From: Promethearchaeota archaeon
GTDB lineage: Archaea > Asgardarchaeota > Lokiarchaeia > Sigyniarchaeales > SOKP01
Length of the DNA stretch: 64,000 nucleotides
Assembly (NCBI GenBank): GCA_048939015.1
Contig: JBHLPW010000004.1
Span: forward strand, 1 to 64,000
Reading direction: 5' to 3'
Part shown: positions 39,236 to 49,517 of the stretch, piece by piece
How positions within the stretch are numbered: position 1 is the stretch's first letter
Layout of the letters: each line of letters starts with the position of its first letter
The notes under the pieces: model-generated
The model's database searches: none
The model's input: the letters and a program-made list of their open reading frames with translations, nothing else
Told to the model about the DNA's origin: nothing
Made by a program: the position numbers and the translations under genes

Positions 39236-40495
39236 TTAATTTCCTTCCCAACCTGCTAGCCTAGCAAAAAGATACCAGCACGCATATGCTTTTAAATTAG
39301 AATTTAGCGGATGTGTATGAGCTGCTCCACATTGGTACCAGTCTCCGCCATTCGGTTCGTTATCAGCTGTATCAGTTGTACTTGTCATTTCAGTTTTTCC
39401 TATTATCCATTCTAATGCCCAATTCCCCTCTGTATAACTACAGTCGTCATTAACATTATCATCAAGGAAATAATTATCATCTGGATCATAACTTTCAATA
39501 TCAGCAAAATCAAACAAAATTCTGTTATATGCCCTACAGTGTTCTCGAATAAGTTCATTTTGTAAATTATTTGTTCCACCTATCCCTTGGCCATCTACAT
39601 GACCTGTCATAAATACAAATTTAACCTCGGTTGTTGAATTTCTCCCCTTGGAACCTCCAGTAGAATAGGCAGAAATTAGATACTCCATATGGGATAAATA
39701 TCTCGTAATATTGTGTCCTGCAATACTGCACCACGACCACATAATAACATTTGTTCCGGGATTATTTGGATGATCTAAATATTCTTCCGTAGCTGCAGCC
39801 CAGGCATCATCATTTGGATTTCCTAAATCATGAGCAGTAATAGTTGTTAAAGCTCCACCAAATTCGCCATTATAATCATAGAATTCAAGTATAGAATCAT
39901 TAGTAGCACCACTGGGGCCAAACAAGTATATATTGTTTCCCCCCATAAATGCATCTAAATTAGCCATTCCTGAGGTTAATTGACTCCCATGAGAAGTATG
40001 ACCATAAGCTATATTAAGATTCTTCTTTGCTTCATTTATCCATGCAATAGGTATACTCTTTAAATCTTCCAAATGAGCGTGGTTATGAGTAATGATCCAT
40101 GTGCCTAAGATACTATGATTACTTACTGTTAAAGTCCACAAATGATAAACTACATAATTTCCGTCAGTTAAATTCACTTTAACTGTGTAAGTACCATTTG
40201 GATTAATGCTAGCGTCAAAAATATAGTTAGTATTATTAACTCCTACCTCTGTTCCATTAAGATACCAGCCATAGGCAAGTGGATCACCGTCAGGATCGGA
40301 AGCAATAATATTAAACTCTTGAGTTTCTGTTTCATTAATGTAGGGATCTCCTAAAGGATAATAACTATATATTATCGGAGCTCGATTGGTATTACCTGAA
40401 CCTATAGTTCCACTATTTATTAACCAAATTATAGTTGGTACACTTAAAATGCTGATACAGACTATTATTATTATAGCAGTTTTCTTTCGACTCAT
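39236..40495 (-). CDS. Membrane-anchored extracellular protein: Ig/PKD-like domain plus putative SGNH-like hydrolase domain
   Basis: N-terminal TM, ASDPDGDPLAYGW Ig-like motif, then GHTSHGSQ, WSWC, FDFADIES, AHTHPLN. Confidence 0.55.
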   Translation of the reverse strand: MSRKKTAIIIIVCISILSVPTIIWLINSGTIGSGNTNRAPIIYSYYPLGDPYINETETQEFNIIASDPDGDPLAYGWYLNGTEVGVNNTNYIFDASINPNGTYTVKVNLTDGNYVVYHLWTLTVSNHSILGTWIITHNHAHLEDLKSIPIAWINEAKKNLNIAYGHTSHGSQLTSGMANLDAFMGGNNIYLFGPSGATNDSILEFYDYNGEFGGALTTITAHDLGNPNDDAWAAATEEYLDHPNNPGTNVIMWSWCSIAGHNITRYLSHMEYLISAYSTGGSKGRNSTTEVKFVFMTGHVDGQGIGGTNNLQNELIREHCRAYNRILFDFADIESYDPDDNYFLDDNVNDDCSYTEGNWALEWIIGKTEMTSTTDTADNEPNGGDWYQCGAAHTHPLNSNLKAYACWYLFARLAGWEGN

Positions 40496-40769
40496 AAATT
40501 ATCAAATCATTATGATTTGAATTATATTCTTATGTTTGAAAAACATAGTGTTCTTATTATAAATATTTAATTATCTACTAATTCACTTGTATTTACTAAA
40601 TAAAGATAAACAACGAAATTCGACATCAAACTTATTTAAATAATTGTCAAATTCAATAAACAAATTTTAAATTTTTTATAATGTTTTTTTCAATATCATT
40701 AAATACCTAAGATTAAAAGTGTGATGTAAAATTTCCTTCGATGAATTAAGTAAAAAATTAGCAGAATTT

Positions 40770-41924
40770 ATGAAAGATACTAAAGAAATTGAACTTCAAG
40801 ACGTGGATTTGTTTGCAGAATATCTTGAGTTTCAAATGTTACCAAGTATCGTACAAGCTGCTGCTCAAGCTGTATTGCCGGGAGTTCCAGGGAAAGCAGA
40901 ATGGACTCCTGCCAAATTTTCGCTGGACTTAGAATACCCTGGAAAAATTGAAACTGTTGAATTTATCCGATCAAATGGTAAAAAAGCTATTATCGGTGGT
41001 GAAGTAGTGCCTCCATTTTACAATTTTCTAGGGTTAAGCAAGCGAAATCCTAATCCACCCCTCGTTACTTATGATGTATTTGATATGGGAGCGAAAATGA
41101 TGCTTCCTAAACCAATAAAAGAAGAATATGGAGAAGTATTAGGACATCCCGCTGAATGGGCCAAATTTGCTGTTGATAAATTTGGCGCAGAATGTATTAC
41201 TTTTCACTCATTAGAGATTGATCCTGCTATGGGAGATGCTCCCGTTTCACAATCAGTCAAATACTTGGAAGAAATCCTTCAAGCAGTTGATGTACCGGTA
41301 ATTATAGGATGTTCTGGTAATAAAGAAAAGGATAAACAACTCTTTGAAGCAACAGCCCCTATTACCGAAAGTGAGGTCTTGATGCTTTCTGCAGCAGATA
41401 AAGCTACGTGGGAAGATGTTATCCCTTTAGCAGTGAAATATGACCATAATTGCTTACTCTGGACAAGTCTGGATTTAAACAATCAAATTAAAATGAATAA
41501 GGATGCACTGGAATTAGGATTACCTAGAAATCGCATTGTTATGGATCCAACTTGTGCAACATTAGGTTATGGAATGGAATACTCGTTTAGCATTTATCAA
41601 AGAATGCGTGTTGCGGGATTACTAGGTGAAACAGATTTAGCATATCCAATAAGTGGAGGTACAACAAACGCGTGGGGTGCGAGAGAAGCATGGATGAGCG
41701 AAAAGCAAGTTCCCGAATGGGGCCTTCGTCAATATAGAGGTCCAATCTGGGAAATCATGAATGCCTTAAGTCTCAGTCTTGTTGGTTTAGATTTGGCCAT
41801 GATGTTCCATCCTGTTGCTGCAAAACATGTTAAAGATATAACATCTCAGTTTTTCGCTGAAATTCCTAAGGTATTAGAAGATAAAGGCTATTACGATTGG
41901 GTTTCAGCAAATTTGAAAAGATAA
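40770..41924 (+). CDS. cdhD: Acetyl-CoA decarbonylase/synthase complex delta subunit (CFeSP small subunit)
   Basis: IGGEVVPPF, PAEWAK, VDVPVIIGCSGN, IVMDPT..LGYGMEYS, TNAWGAREAW, GPIWE, MMFHP. Confidence 0.92.
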   Translation: MKDTKEIELQDVDLFAEYLEFQMLPSIVQAAAQAVLPGVPGKAEWTPAKFSLDLEYPGKIETVEFIRSNGKKAIIGGEVVPPFYNFLGLSKRNPNPPLVTYDVFDMGAKMMLPKPIKEEYGEVLGHPAEWAKFAVDKFGAECITFHSLEIDPAMGDAPVSQSVKYLEEILQAVDVPVIIGCSGNKEKDKQLFEATAPITESEVLMLSAADKATWEDVIPLAVKYDHNCLLWTSLDLNNQIKMNKDALELGLPRNRIVMDPTCATLGYGMEYSFSIYQRMRVAGLLGETDLAYPISGGTTNAWGAREAWMSEKQVPEWGLRQYRGPIWEIMNALSLSLVGLDLAMMFHPVAAKHVKDITSQFFAEIPKVLEDKGYYDWVSANLKR

Positions 41925-41930
41925 TTACCA

Positions 41931-41955
41931 TTTCTTTTTTCTATATTTTTTTTAT
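41931..41955 (+). terminator. Oligo-T terminator-like tract after cdhD
   Basis: tttcttttttctatattttttttat just after the stop codon. Confidence 0.45.
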
Positions 41956-42027
41956 CTTATTTGAACTTGTTAATTAAATTATTTATCTTGAATATCAATA
42001 CTCCGAACGTATAAATTTTATTAATTA

Positions 42028-42231
42028 CTAAGGAGGTTTCGCATCTGGACGTGCTTCTGTTGCTGGCTTACCTTCTATACCCCAATGGGTTTTTGGGATT
42101 TCATGGACAATAACTTCTACAGCTTGAGCTGGAATACCCATATCAACAAAAACTTGAGTTATTCCCTCTATTATTTGTTTAACAGCCTCTACGGAAATTC
42201 CTTTCCACATATTTACATGAATTACTGGCAA
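42028..42231 (-). CDS. 4-oxalocrotonate tautomerase family protein
   Basis: Catalytic Pro1 (M-PVIHV), VEVIVHEIPKTHWGIEG; 67 aa. Confidence 0.88.
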   Translation of the reverse strand: MPVIHVNMWKGISVEAVKQIIEGITQVFVDMGIPAQAVEVIVHEIPKTHWGIEGKPATEARPDAKPP

Positions 42232-42334
42232 ATCATAACACCTTAATCTATATATTATATCTAATTTTTTAAATCCATTCTTTTAGAAAAACACTATCTA
42301 AGTCTTTTCATAATTTAAAAATACAATTAATATC

Positions 42335-42622
42335 TCAAGTAAATGAAGAGAAATTGAATTGAATCTCTTTTTCATTCAGCCATTCTCTAAATTTTGTGTC
42401 AGTTTTAAACCGATCTTTTATTAGATATAATAAAACGGAAGATATATCCTCAGCTTTCACTGTTAGCCAATATTCATGATCAAAATCTCCAAAATATTCT
42501 TTTACTGATTGACCACAATCATATCCTGAAAGAAGTAAATCACCATTTTCTTTAATTTCAGCAACGAGGCTATGTTTTTCATTTTCTTTAGTTTGATAAT
42601 CGTAAATTGTGATTTTCTTCAT
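42335..42622 (-). CDS. Hypothetical protein
   Basis: 95-aa ORF with GTGA RBS; co-oriented with its neighbours. Confidence 0.6.
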   Translation of the reverse strand: MKKITIYDYQTKENEKHSLVAEIKENGDLLLSGYDCGQSVKEYFGDFDHEYWLTVKAEDISSVLLYLIKDRFKTDTKFREWLNEKEIQFNFSSFT

Positions 42623-42642
42623 AAGATCACTTATAGCACGAT

Positions 42643-42984
42643 TTACTTTAACTTTCCCATTTCATTTCTTTCTATGCATTTCCATGAGTCTACTAGCAAT
42701 TGATATTCGAAATATTCATCATTTATTTTAGATCGTGGATTCTTTCGGCTACCCTCTACTTTTATTAATTCACCAATGATTTCCACTTTTCCTTCGCAAG
42801 AGATTGAATCATTTGTATATATTACAATCTGATAACCATCATCCAAATCGAAATAATTCATATATGGGAAGGAATCGAAGAAAGTGGTAAGATGTTGCCA
42901 TATCTCTTTTGCTATTTTTCCATTAATTTTTACTTTTTGACCTACATTTCCTTCAAAATCAGAATACTTGACAATGTTAACCAT
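42643..42984 (-). CDS. Hypothetical protein, possibly OB-fold
   Basis: VGQKVKINGKI...KVEIIGEL beta pattern; GAGG RBS. Confidence 0.55.
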   Translation of the reverse strand: MVNIVKYSDFEGNVGQKVKINGKIAKEIWQHLTTFFDSFPYMNYFDLDDGYQIVIYTNDSISCEGKVEIIGELIKVEGSRKNPRSKINDEYFEYQLLVDSWKCIERNEMGKLK

Positions 42985-43072
42985 TTTATATTCCTCTGGG
43001 AAACTTATTTGGAATTTACAATAATTTAAGATTTATGTATATATAATCATAATGTAATATTTAATCATATTT

Positions 43073-43876
43073 TTGAGGGAATTTCAATTGGACAATAAAG
43101 ATGTTGGCAAATATTGGGATAAAAATGCGGAGAATTGGGTAAGGTTAGCAAGAATGGGATATGATCGATGTAGAGATTTAATTAATTCTCCAGCTTTTTT
43201 TAAAATGCTCCCTGACATAACCAATTTAAAAGGATTAGATATTGGTTGTGGAGAAGGGTATAATACTAGAATTGCAGCAAAGAAAGGTGGAAAAATGACA
43301 GCTATTGACATTTCTAAAGTATTTATTAATTATGCAATAAAATCTGAGCAAGAAGAACCATTAGGAATTAAATATGAAATAGCTAATGGTACCGAACTTC
43401 CTTATTCTGATAGCTCTTTTGATTTCGCGATGGCTACAATGAGTTTAATGGATATGGCTGAAAACGAAAAAGCGATACAAGAAGCCTATAGAGTTTTAAA
43501 ACCTGGTGGTTTTCTTCAGTTCTCAATATCTCATCCCTTTGTTAGCTCAGATTGGAAGTGGTTAAGGGATGAAGAAGATAAGAAAACTGGATTTGTTATA
43601 GAAGATTATTTTAAGAAACTTAATGGTGAAATTGAAGAATGGATATTCGGGGCGGCTCCTAAAGAACTTACGGAAAAGATGAGAAAGTTTAAGGTTCCAC
43701 GATTTTCCCGGACTTTATCTGAATGGTTAAATCTATTAATTGAGAAAGGATTTATCCTTGAGAAGTTTTGTGAACCTTATATAAAAGATGAGCTTTTGAA
43801 AAAACATCCAGAACATTATGATACTCGGATAATTCCATTTTTCCTAATTATTCGATGTAGAAAGCCAATGAAATAA
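43073..43876 (+). CDS. Class I SAM-dependent methyltransferase
   Basis: LDIGCGEG, AIDIS, LPYSDSSFD, RVLKPGG, SISHP. Confidence 0.9.
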   Translation: MREFQLDNKDVGKYWDKNAENWVRLARMGYDRCRDLINSPAFFKMLPDITNLKGLDIGCGEGYNTRIAAKKGGKMTAIDISKVFINYAIKSEQEEPLGIKYEIANGTELPYSDSSFDFAMATMSLMDMAENEKAIQEAYRVLKPGGFLQFSISHPFVSSDWKWLRDEEDKKTGFVIEDYFKKLNGEIEEWIFGAAPKELTEKMRKFKVPRFSRTLSEWLNLLIEKGFILEKFCEPYIKDELLKKHPEHYDTRIIPFFLIIRCRKPMK

Positions 43877-43904
43877 AGATTAACGAGAATTTTTTATTAT
43901 CACC

Positions 43905-44384
43905 CTAAAATTCCTTGGCAAATTCATAGATAGTTGAGCCAAAAAAGTCGCCAGTCTTTCCTGTCTTTTTAAAACCGCATTTTATGTAAAAATTTTGAGC
44001 TCTTTCTAAAATTGCAGTTGTATCTAATGTTAATAAGGTACATCCTTCTGATCTGGCATCTTCTTCAACAATTTGTAACAAAGCTTTCGCAGGGCTGTTT
44101 TTTCCTTGTCTATCAGGGATTACTGCCATCCCACGTATATGACCTTCCATATCGTCAACTTTTTGCCATCCTATAGTTCCTATTACCGTATTTGTTTGAT
44201 CAATTGCTACATATAACTTCATTTCTTTCATGCGTTCTATTACAGCTTCTTCTGACATAACTGTATCATTAAAACCTTCAGGAGTATAAAAATGACGAAA
44301 TTCTTCAAATGCAGCTAATAAAACTCCATAAATTCCTTTTGCATCTTCTTTTTTTGCACAACGAATTAAATAATCTCGCTCCAT
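43905..44384 (-). CDS. GNAT family N-acetyltransferase
   Basis: IRGMAVIPDRQG, LTLDT, AQNFYIKCGF. Confidence 0.88.
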   Translation of the reverse strand: MERDYLIRCAKKEDAKGIYGVLLAAFEEFRHFYTPEGFNDTVMSEEAVIERMKEMKLYVAIDQTNTVIGTIGWQKVDDMEGHIRGMAVIPDRQGKNSPAKALLQIVEEDARSEGCTLLTLDTTAILERAQNFYIKCGFKKTGKTGDFFGSTIYEFAKEF

Positions 44385-44528
44385 ATCACGAAAATTTGAA
44401 GGTAATATAAATTTTTAAACCATATTCTAATATGAACTTTCCCTATAAAGAAGTGAAATTTTCGAATAGAATATCAAACAGCTCAAATAAAATTTAAAAC
44501 AAAAAGATAAAATTTAGTTTGAAAAGAC

Positions 44529-44756
44529 TTACGCTTTCTCAATTTTAATATAGAAATTTTCTCCTTCGATCTTGAATTCTAAGATTTTATCTTCAATTCT
44601 ATCGATATATCTTTTTATGTTTTCACCAGCCTCTGCTAAATCCCCAGATACTTCAAGAATTTCTCCACTTTTCATTTCGAGTAATTGCCTTTTGGTTTTT
44701 GCAACAGGCATAGGACAAACAAGGTTAGAACAATCTAATTTATATGAATCTGACAT
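44529..44756 (-). CDS. tusA: TusA-family sulfur carrier
   Basis: LDCSNLVCPMP (CPxP), GEILEV; 75 aa; GGAGG RBS. Confidence 0.85.
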   Translation of the reverse strand: MSDSYKLDCSNLVCPMPVAKTKRQLLEMKSGEILEVSGDLAEAGENIKRYIDRIEDKILEFKIEGENFYIKIEKA

Positions 44757-44777
44757 TTTTAAAGTACCTCCTTGATT

Positions 44778-45137
44778 TTATGTAAAAATTATATTATCTG
44801 CTTCTTCACACATTTCAACGAATCCATGCATCGAAGTTTTTTGAATTCCCTCTATTAATTCTTCTTCAGTCACTCCACGTGCTTTCATACATACACCACA
44901 AGCTTTCACATTTGCACCTTCAGCTATAACATCTGTCATCCATTTTCCTACATTATCATATGTTGCAGGATCTTGATTTTTCTTACCAACAAAAATACCA
45001 TCCTCAACCAAAAATATGTTAACTTTATGTTCTTCCAATAAAGCAGTATAAGCAAATCTTAACATTGTGTATGGACGTTCACTTGTGTAAGCACCATCTC
45101 CAATAGCAATTGTTAATGTTTTTTTTTTCTCTGCCAT
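44778..45137 (-). CDS. DsrE family sulfur-relay protein
   Basis: AYTSER, IFLVEDGIF, ACGVCMKARG. Confidence 0.85.
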   Translation of the reverse strand: MAEKKKTLTIAIGDGAYTSERPYTMLRFAYTALLEEHKVNIFLVEDGIFVGKKNQDPATYDNVGKWMTDVIAEGANVKACGVCMKARGVTEEELIEGIQKTSMHGFVEMCEEADNIIFT

Positions 45138-45311
45138 TTCTTATCATCAATTTTTAATTCTTTTAGGTAAAATCTATTTTAAGCGTAATTAAACAAATAA
45201 TAGATAAAATATTAATTTTTTCGTATTAATTTATTAAAAAAATCGATAAATAAAAATACTAGTATAACTTAGGATATTAGTAAAGAAAGCACTTTTAATG
45301 TGAATAGTTGT

Positions 45312-46208
45312 ATGCATATCGAATACCTAAGAAACTTTATTAAATTAAGCTATTATAAAAGTTTTTCAAAATTAGCTAATGAACTTCCTATTTCACAAAG
45401 CACATTATCGCATCAAATTTCTCAGATAGAAAAGGATTTTGGAGGAATTGTGTTAATTGATAGAAGTACTAAGAAATTTGAAATAACCAAAGCTGGAAAA
45501 CTTCTACTTGAGCATGCAGAACAAATAATAAAGTTATATGATAATTGTAAACTAGAAATTTCAAAATTTAAAGATCAGACTGAAGAAGAAATTATTATAT
45601 CAGCTTCAACTATTCCTGGATCTCATATCTTACCGAGATATATAGCGGATTTTCGAAATAGAAATCAAAATGTAAATTTCAAAGTTTTAATTAATAATTC
45701 TCAGAAATCTATTGAAAATTTAAAAAATGGATTAGTTGATTTCGCAGGTATTGGTAGTTTTATGAGTTACAATGAAAAAAACTTCGATTTTATTAAACTT
45801 GGTGAGGACGAATTAAAATTTATATGTTCTCCTAATCATGAATTACTAAAACAAGGAAGTGTAATTGATTTTGAAGACCTAATCAAATATCCTTTTATTT
45901 GGAGAGAAAAAGGATCTGGGACGAGAGAAACATTTCAACAGCAATTTTCAAATTATGAGAAGTTAGATATTGAATTAGAAATTAATGATAATGACTCGAT
46001 TATTTCTACCGTTAGTGATTCTAACTATATTGGTATTATGAGTGAATATATGGTTAATAAAGCTGAATCAGCTGGTTTAATAAAATCTTTAAAAATTAAA
46101 AGTTATCCCGTCATCGCAAAAAGACCTCTATATTTTGTAAAGCTAAAAAATAAAAAAATAGGTAAATTAAAAGAGAAATTTTGGGATGAAATAAAGTCGA
46201 TAATTTAG
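45312..46208 (+). CDS. LysR-type transcription regulator (CysL-like / sulfur-selenium-associated type)
   Basis: SFSKLANEL.ISQSTLSHQI HTH; ASTIPG and REKGSGTR motifs; divergent from dsrE-tusA; ATG 45312 preferred over GTG 45300. Confidence 0.88.
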   Translation: MHIEYLRNFIKLSYYKSFSKLANELPISQSTLSHQISQIEKDFGGIVLIDRSTKKFEITKAGKLLLEHAEQIIKLYDNCKLEISKFKDQTEEEIIISASTIPGSHILPRYIADFRNRNQNVNFKVLINNSQKSIENLKNGLVDFAGIGSFMSYNEKNFDFIKLGEDELKFICSPNHELLKQGSVIDFEDLIKYPFIWREKGSGTRETFQQQFSNYEKLDIELEINDNDSIISTVSDSNYIGIMSEYMVNKAESAGLIKSLKIKSYPVIAKRPLYFVKLKNKKIGKLKEKFWDEIKSII

Positions 46209-46239
46209 GGAGTATAAAAAAGTAGTAAAAAAAATAAAA

Positions 46240-47739
46240 TTATTTGATTAAAACTCCAGTTTGATCGAAATTTAAGAAAGCACTTATTTTTTCTTTAAGT
46301 GGATAAATCCCTTCTTTGAATAGTGTTATTAAGAATATAGCTATAAATACAATTGAACCCAACCCTGGAGCAAAACCACTCAAAATGTCAACAAAAGAAG
46401 ATGTAGGGTCCCAAGAAAAGAATGTATATACCAATGAAATTCCAGCTATTATAATTGAAATGAAAGATATTATTGCTGCAGCTTTTCTACTCAGATTTAA
46501 ATGTATTGGACCAAGTTCGAGTCGAAAGTATTTTGGTTGTACGATAATTGATAAAATCGTATGACTAATTATTTGCTCTTCAAATTCTATATATACATTT
46601 AAAAATCTCCTTTCGCTTTCTTTTTTCTTTTTTTTCATTTTCTTCGATTTAAGTGGCATGATAGAAAAAATCATTACTGGTGGATTAACAGCATCCTTCT
46701 TAACTTCCACTTTTCCGAATATTGGATGCACTTCGAATCCCTCTCCCTCAATCTTAAGATCCAAAACTGGAGGCTCTGCTTTTCTTGTAACTATTGTAAA
46801 TGTTGTTTCATAAATAGTTTTTCCCTCTTCATCAACAATCTTTAATTCTTTATGCGAAAAATAAACATAAAACAAATAACTTCGTTGTTCCATCATAACC
46901 GAATAATATTGAAGACCCATATTAATTTTATATACAGTTGGTTGGGGTTCTTCAGGAATAACCGTAGAAGGTTCTGTTACTGGCTTTGGAGGTGGGACAC
47001 CAGGACCAGCTAACATATCTGAAGCCGGAGGAGGTGGAGGTACTGCAGGTGCAGGAGTTTTTACAGGTGGGCCACCAGGAGCTGAAGCTGGAGCACCTCC
47101 TGCTGAATGTGGAGGTGATGGATATGCACGTGCTTTTTTCTTTGCTTTTGGAGCTTCTCTCATTCTACGCGATTCTTCGCTTTTAATTTCCTCTCTTTTT
47201 AGAACTTTCTCTTCTTCATAATATTCCTCTTCTTCATAGTATCCTTCTCCATACTTAACATCATCATCATAGGAGCTTAATTCTTCGAGATCTTGATCAA
47301 AAGCTTTATCTTCTTTAAGCTTGAATAATTCTTTTTCCATGGCATCTTTAAGTGTGAGTTGTTCTTCTGGTTCTTCCTCAGTTTCAAATACAATTTCTTT
47401 TTCTTTAACCATTAATTCCTTTTTCTCTTCAGGTTTTTCTACTTTTTTTTCAGATTTCTTCTTACTTAGTAATTTTAGATTTTTCAATTTGGTAGTTTCG
47501 GGGATTTTCGTATTAGTAACAAAATCTATAATAGATATATCGGTCCGATTTAATTGTACATCCTTTAAAGATGCAAAAATATCATTTAAAATTAGACTAA
47601 GTTTTGTCGATTTCTTATAAATCCCCACAAACATAAAATCCATAATCTCTACCGATATTACGTTTGATTTCTTATCATAAAATATCCTATTAGTTGGAAT
47701 TGCAAGACCAGTAATAGTTTTTAATGATTCCAATTTCAT
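46240..47739 (-). CDS. Hypothetical membrane protein: N-terminal globular domain, acidic and Pro-rich linker, beta-sandwich, 2 C-terminal TM
   Basis: Glu/Tyr-rich stretch, PAVPPPPP Pro-rich tract, C-terminal hydrophobic hairpin; GAGGT RBS. Confidence 0.65.
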   Translation of the reverse strand: MKLESLKTITGLAIPTNRIFYDKKSNVISVEIMDFMFVGIYKKSTKLSLILNDIFASLKDVQLNRTDISIIDFVTNTKIPETTKLKNLKLLSKKKSEKKVEKPEEKKELMVKEKEIVFETEEEPEEQLTLKDAMEKELFKLKEDKAFDQDLEELSSYDDDVKYGEGYYEEEEYYEEEKVLKREEIKSEESRRMREAPKAKKKARAYPSPPHSAGGAPASAPGGPPVKTPAPAVPPPPPASDMLAGPGVPPPKPVTEPSTVIPEEPQPTVYKINMGLQYYSVMMEQRSYLFYVYFSHKELKIVDEEGKTIYETTFTIVTRKAEPPVLDLKIEGEGFEVHPIFGKVEVKKDAVNPPVMIFSIMPLKSKKMKKKKKESERRFLNVYIEFEEQIISHTILSIIVQPKYFRLELGPIHLNLSRKAAAIISFISIIIAGISLVYTFFSWDPTSSFVDILSGFAPGLGSIVFIAIFLITLFKEGIYPLKEKISAFLNFDQTGVLIK

Positions 47740-47945
47740 TCTTACCTCTTTTTTCTATATTGAAGTAGTATTTGATTTTTATTAATTAATAATTAACTTT
47801 TAATAAATTTTTATAATGATATTATACCTAAAATAGTTATCAACTTGTTTATATCAAAAAAAAATCGTTGATCTACCAAAGATACTCAAAATAATTTTAA
47901 ATTTATTAAGGATTCAAACAAATTACAATTAAGTATCTAAAAAAA

Positions 47946-49517
47946 GTGATAATATTGGAAGGCAAATACATTTTAACCCATGATTTGGGAACATCTGGGA
48001 ATAAGGCTGCTTTATTCGACTTAAATTTAGAACTAATTTCTCAAACAAAGGAAGACTATCCTTTATATTATCCAAAACCAGGTTGGGCAGAGCAAGAGCC
48101 AGAAGATTTTTGGAATGCTGTGAAAAAAGCAACTAATACAATTATCCGACAGAGTAATGTTACACCAGAAGAAATTTTAGCAGTAGTTTTTGATTGTCAA
48201 ATGAATTGCACTATTCCTATCGATAACGATGGAAATGCAGTAATGAAGAGTATAAGCTGGTTAGATACACGTGCAGCTCAAATAACAAAGAAATTTTCAA
48301 AAGGTTTAATAAAAATTTCTGGTTATGCTTTAAGAAAACTTTTAATGTTCCTTAAAATCACAGGAGGTGCTCCTGGATTTAATGGAAAAGATCCTATCTC
48401 TCACATTTTATGGATAAAAGAAAAACATCCAGATATATATGAAAGAATTTATAAATTCTTAAGCGTAAAAGATTTTATTATTTATAAATGCACCAATAAA
48501 GCAGTTACTTCAAGAGATTTAGGAAATACTGCTTGGATAATGGATAATAATCCTGGTCAATTTGAATGGGCGGATAAAATTTTAAAAAAATTCAAACTTG
48601 ATAAAGAGAAATTACCAGAAATAAAAAAATCTACTGAAATCGCAGGTGAATTAACCAATGATGCATCGAATGAACTAAACTTAAAATCTGGCATTCCTAT
48701 TTTTGTGGGCGCAGGGGATTTGACGTCAGCAGCAATAGGTTCTGGTGCTATTTTAGATAACAAATTCATTGTATGTTTAGGAACCGCAGATTGGGTTGCT
48801 GCTCATACATCACAGAGAGTAAAAGATTTACTTCACTATACAGGTGTTATAAGTTCTTCTCAAGAAAACTACTTATGTATTTCAAAACAGGAAACTGGTG
48901 CGGCTTGTTTAGACTGGATTGCTGAAAAGATGTTCAGTGGTGAAATGGAAAGATATAAAGAAAATCTTAATGAATTATATCCATATTTGGATTCTCTTAT
49001 TAAGGATGTTGAAGTGGGTTCTAAGAACCTAATTTTTACTCCATGGATGTTCGGAGAGAGAAGTCCTATAAATGATCCAAATGTTAGAGGAGGTTTTTAT
49101 AATCTTAGCCTTGATCATACCAGACAAGAAATTTTAAGATCGATTTATGAAGGAGTTGCTTACAATATCAAATGGGCTTTAATATTTGTAGAAAAATTAT
49201 TAATCAAGACTGATGAGATAAACTGCATTGGAGGAGGAGCAAAATCTGATATTTGGTGTCAGATCCTGGCAGATATTCTTAATCGAAAAATAATTCAGAT
49301 GGAAAATCCCGATTTAACTGCAGCAAAAGGTTCAGCAATAATCTCAATGGTGGGTTTAGGGCATCTAAAGAATTTTTCAGATGCCATCCCCATGATTAAA
49401 GTCAGAAAAAACTTTATACCAAATACTGACAATAAAAAAAAGTATGATACACTCTTCAATGAATATGTGAATATCTATAAAAGAAATAAAAAAATGTTTA
49501 AAAGCTTAAATCTCTAA
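47946..49517 (+). CDS. FGGY-family carbohydrate kinase (xylulokinase-like)
   Basis: HDLGTSGNK, PGWAEQ, WLDTRA, GAGD, GERSP, EGVAY, GGGAKS. Confidence 0.9.
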   Translation: MIILEGKYILTHDLGTSGNKAALFDLNLELISQTKEDYPLYYPKPGWAEQEPEDFWNAVKKATNTIIRQSNVTPEEILAVVFDCQMNCTIPIDNDGNAVMKSISWLDTRAAQITKKFSKGLIKISGYALRKLLMFLKITGGAPGFNGKDPISHILWIKEKHPDIYERIYKFLSVKDFIIYKCTNKAVTSRDLGNTAWIMDNNPGQFEWADKILKKFKLDKEKLPEIKKSTEIAGELTNDASNELNLKSGIPIFVGAGDLTSAAIGSGAILDNKFIVCLGTADWVAAHTSQRVKDLLHYTGVISSSQENYLCISKQETGAACLDWIAEKMFSGEMERYKENLNELYPYLDSLIKDVEVGSKNLIFTPWMFGERSPINDPNVRGGFYNLSLDHTRQEILRSIYEGVAYNIKWALIFVEKLLIKTDEINCIGGGAKSDIWCQILADILNRKIIQMENPDLTAAKGSAIISMVGLGHLKNFSDAIPMIKVRKNFIPNTDNKKKYDTLFNEYVNIYKRNKKMFKSLNL

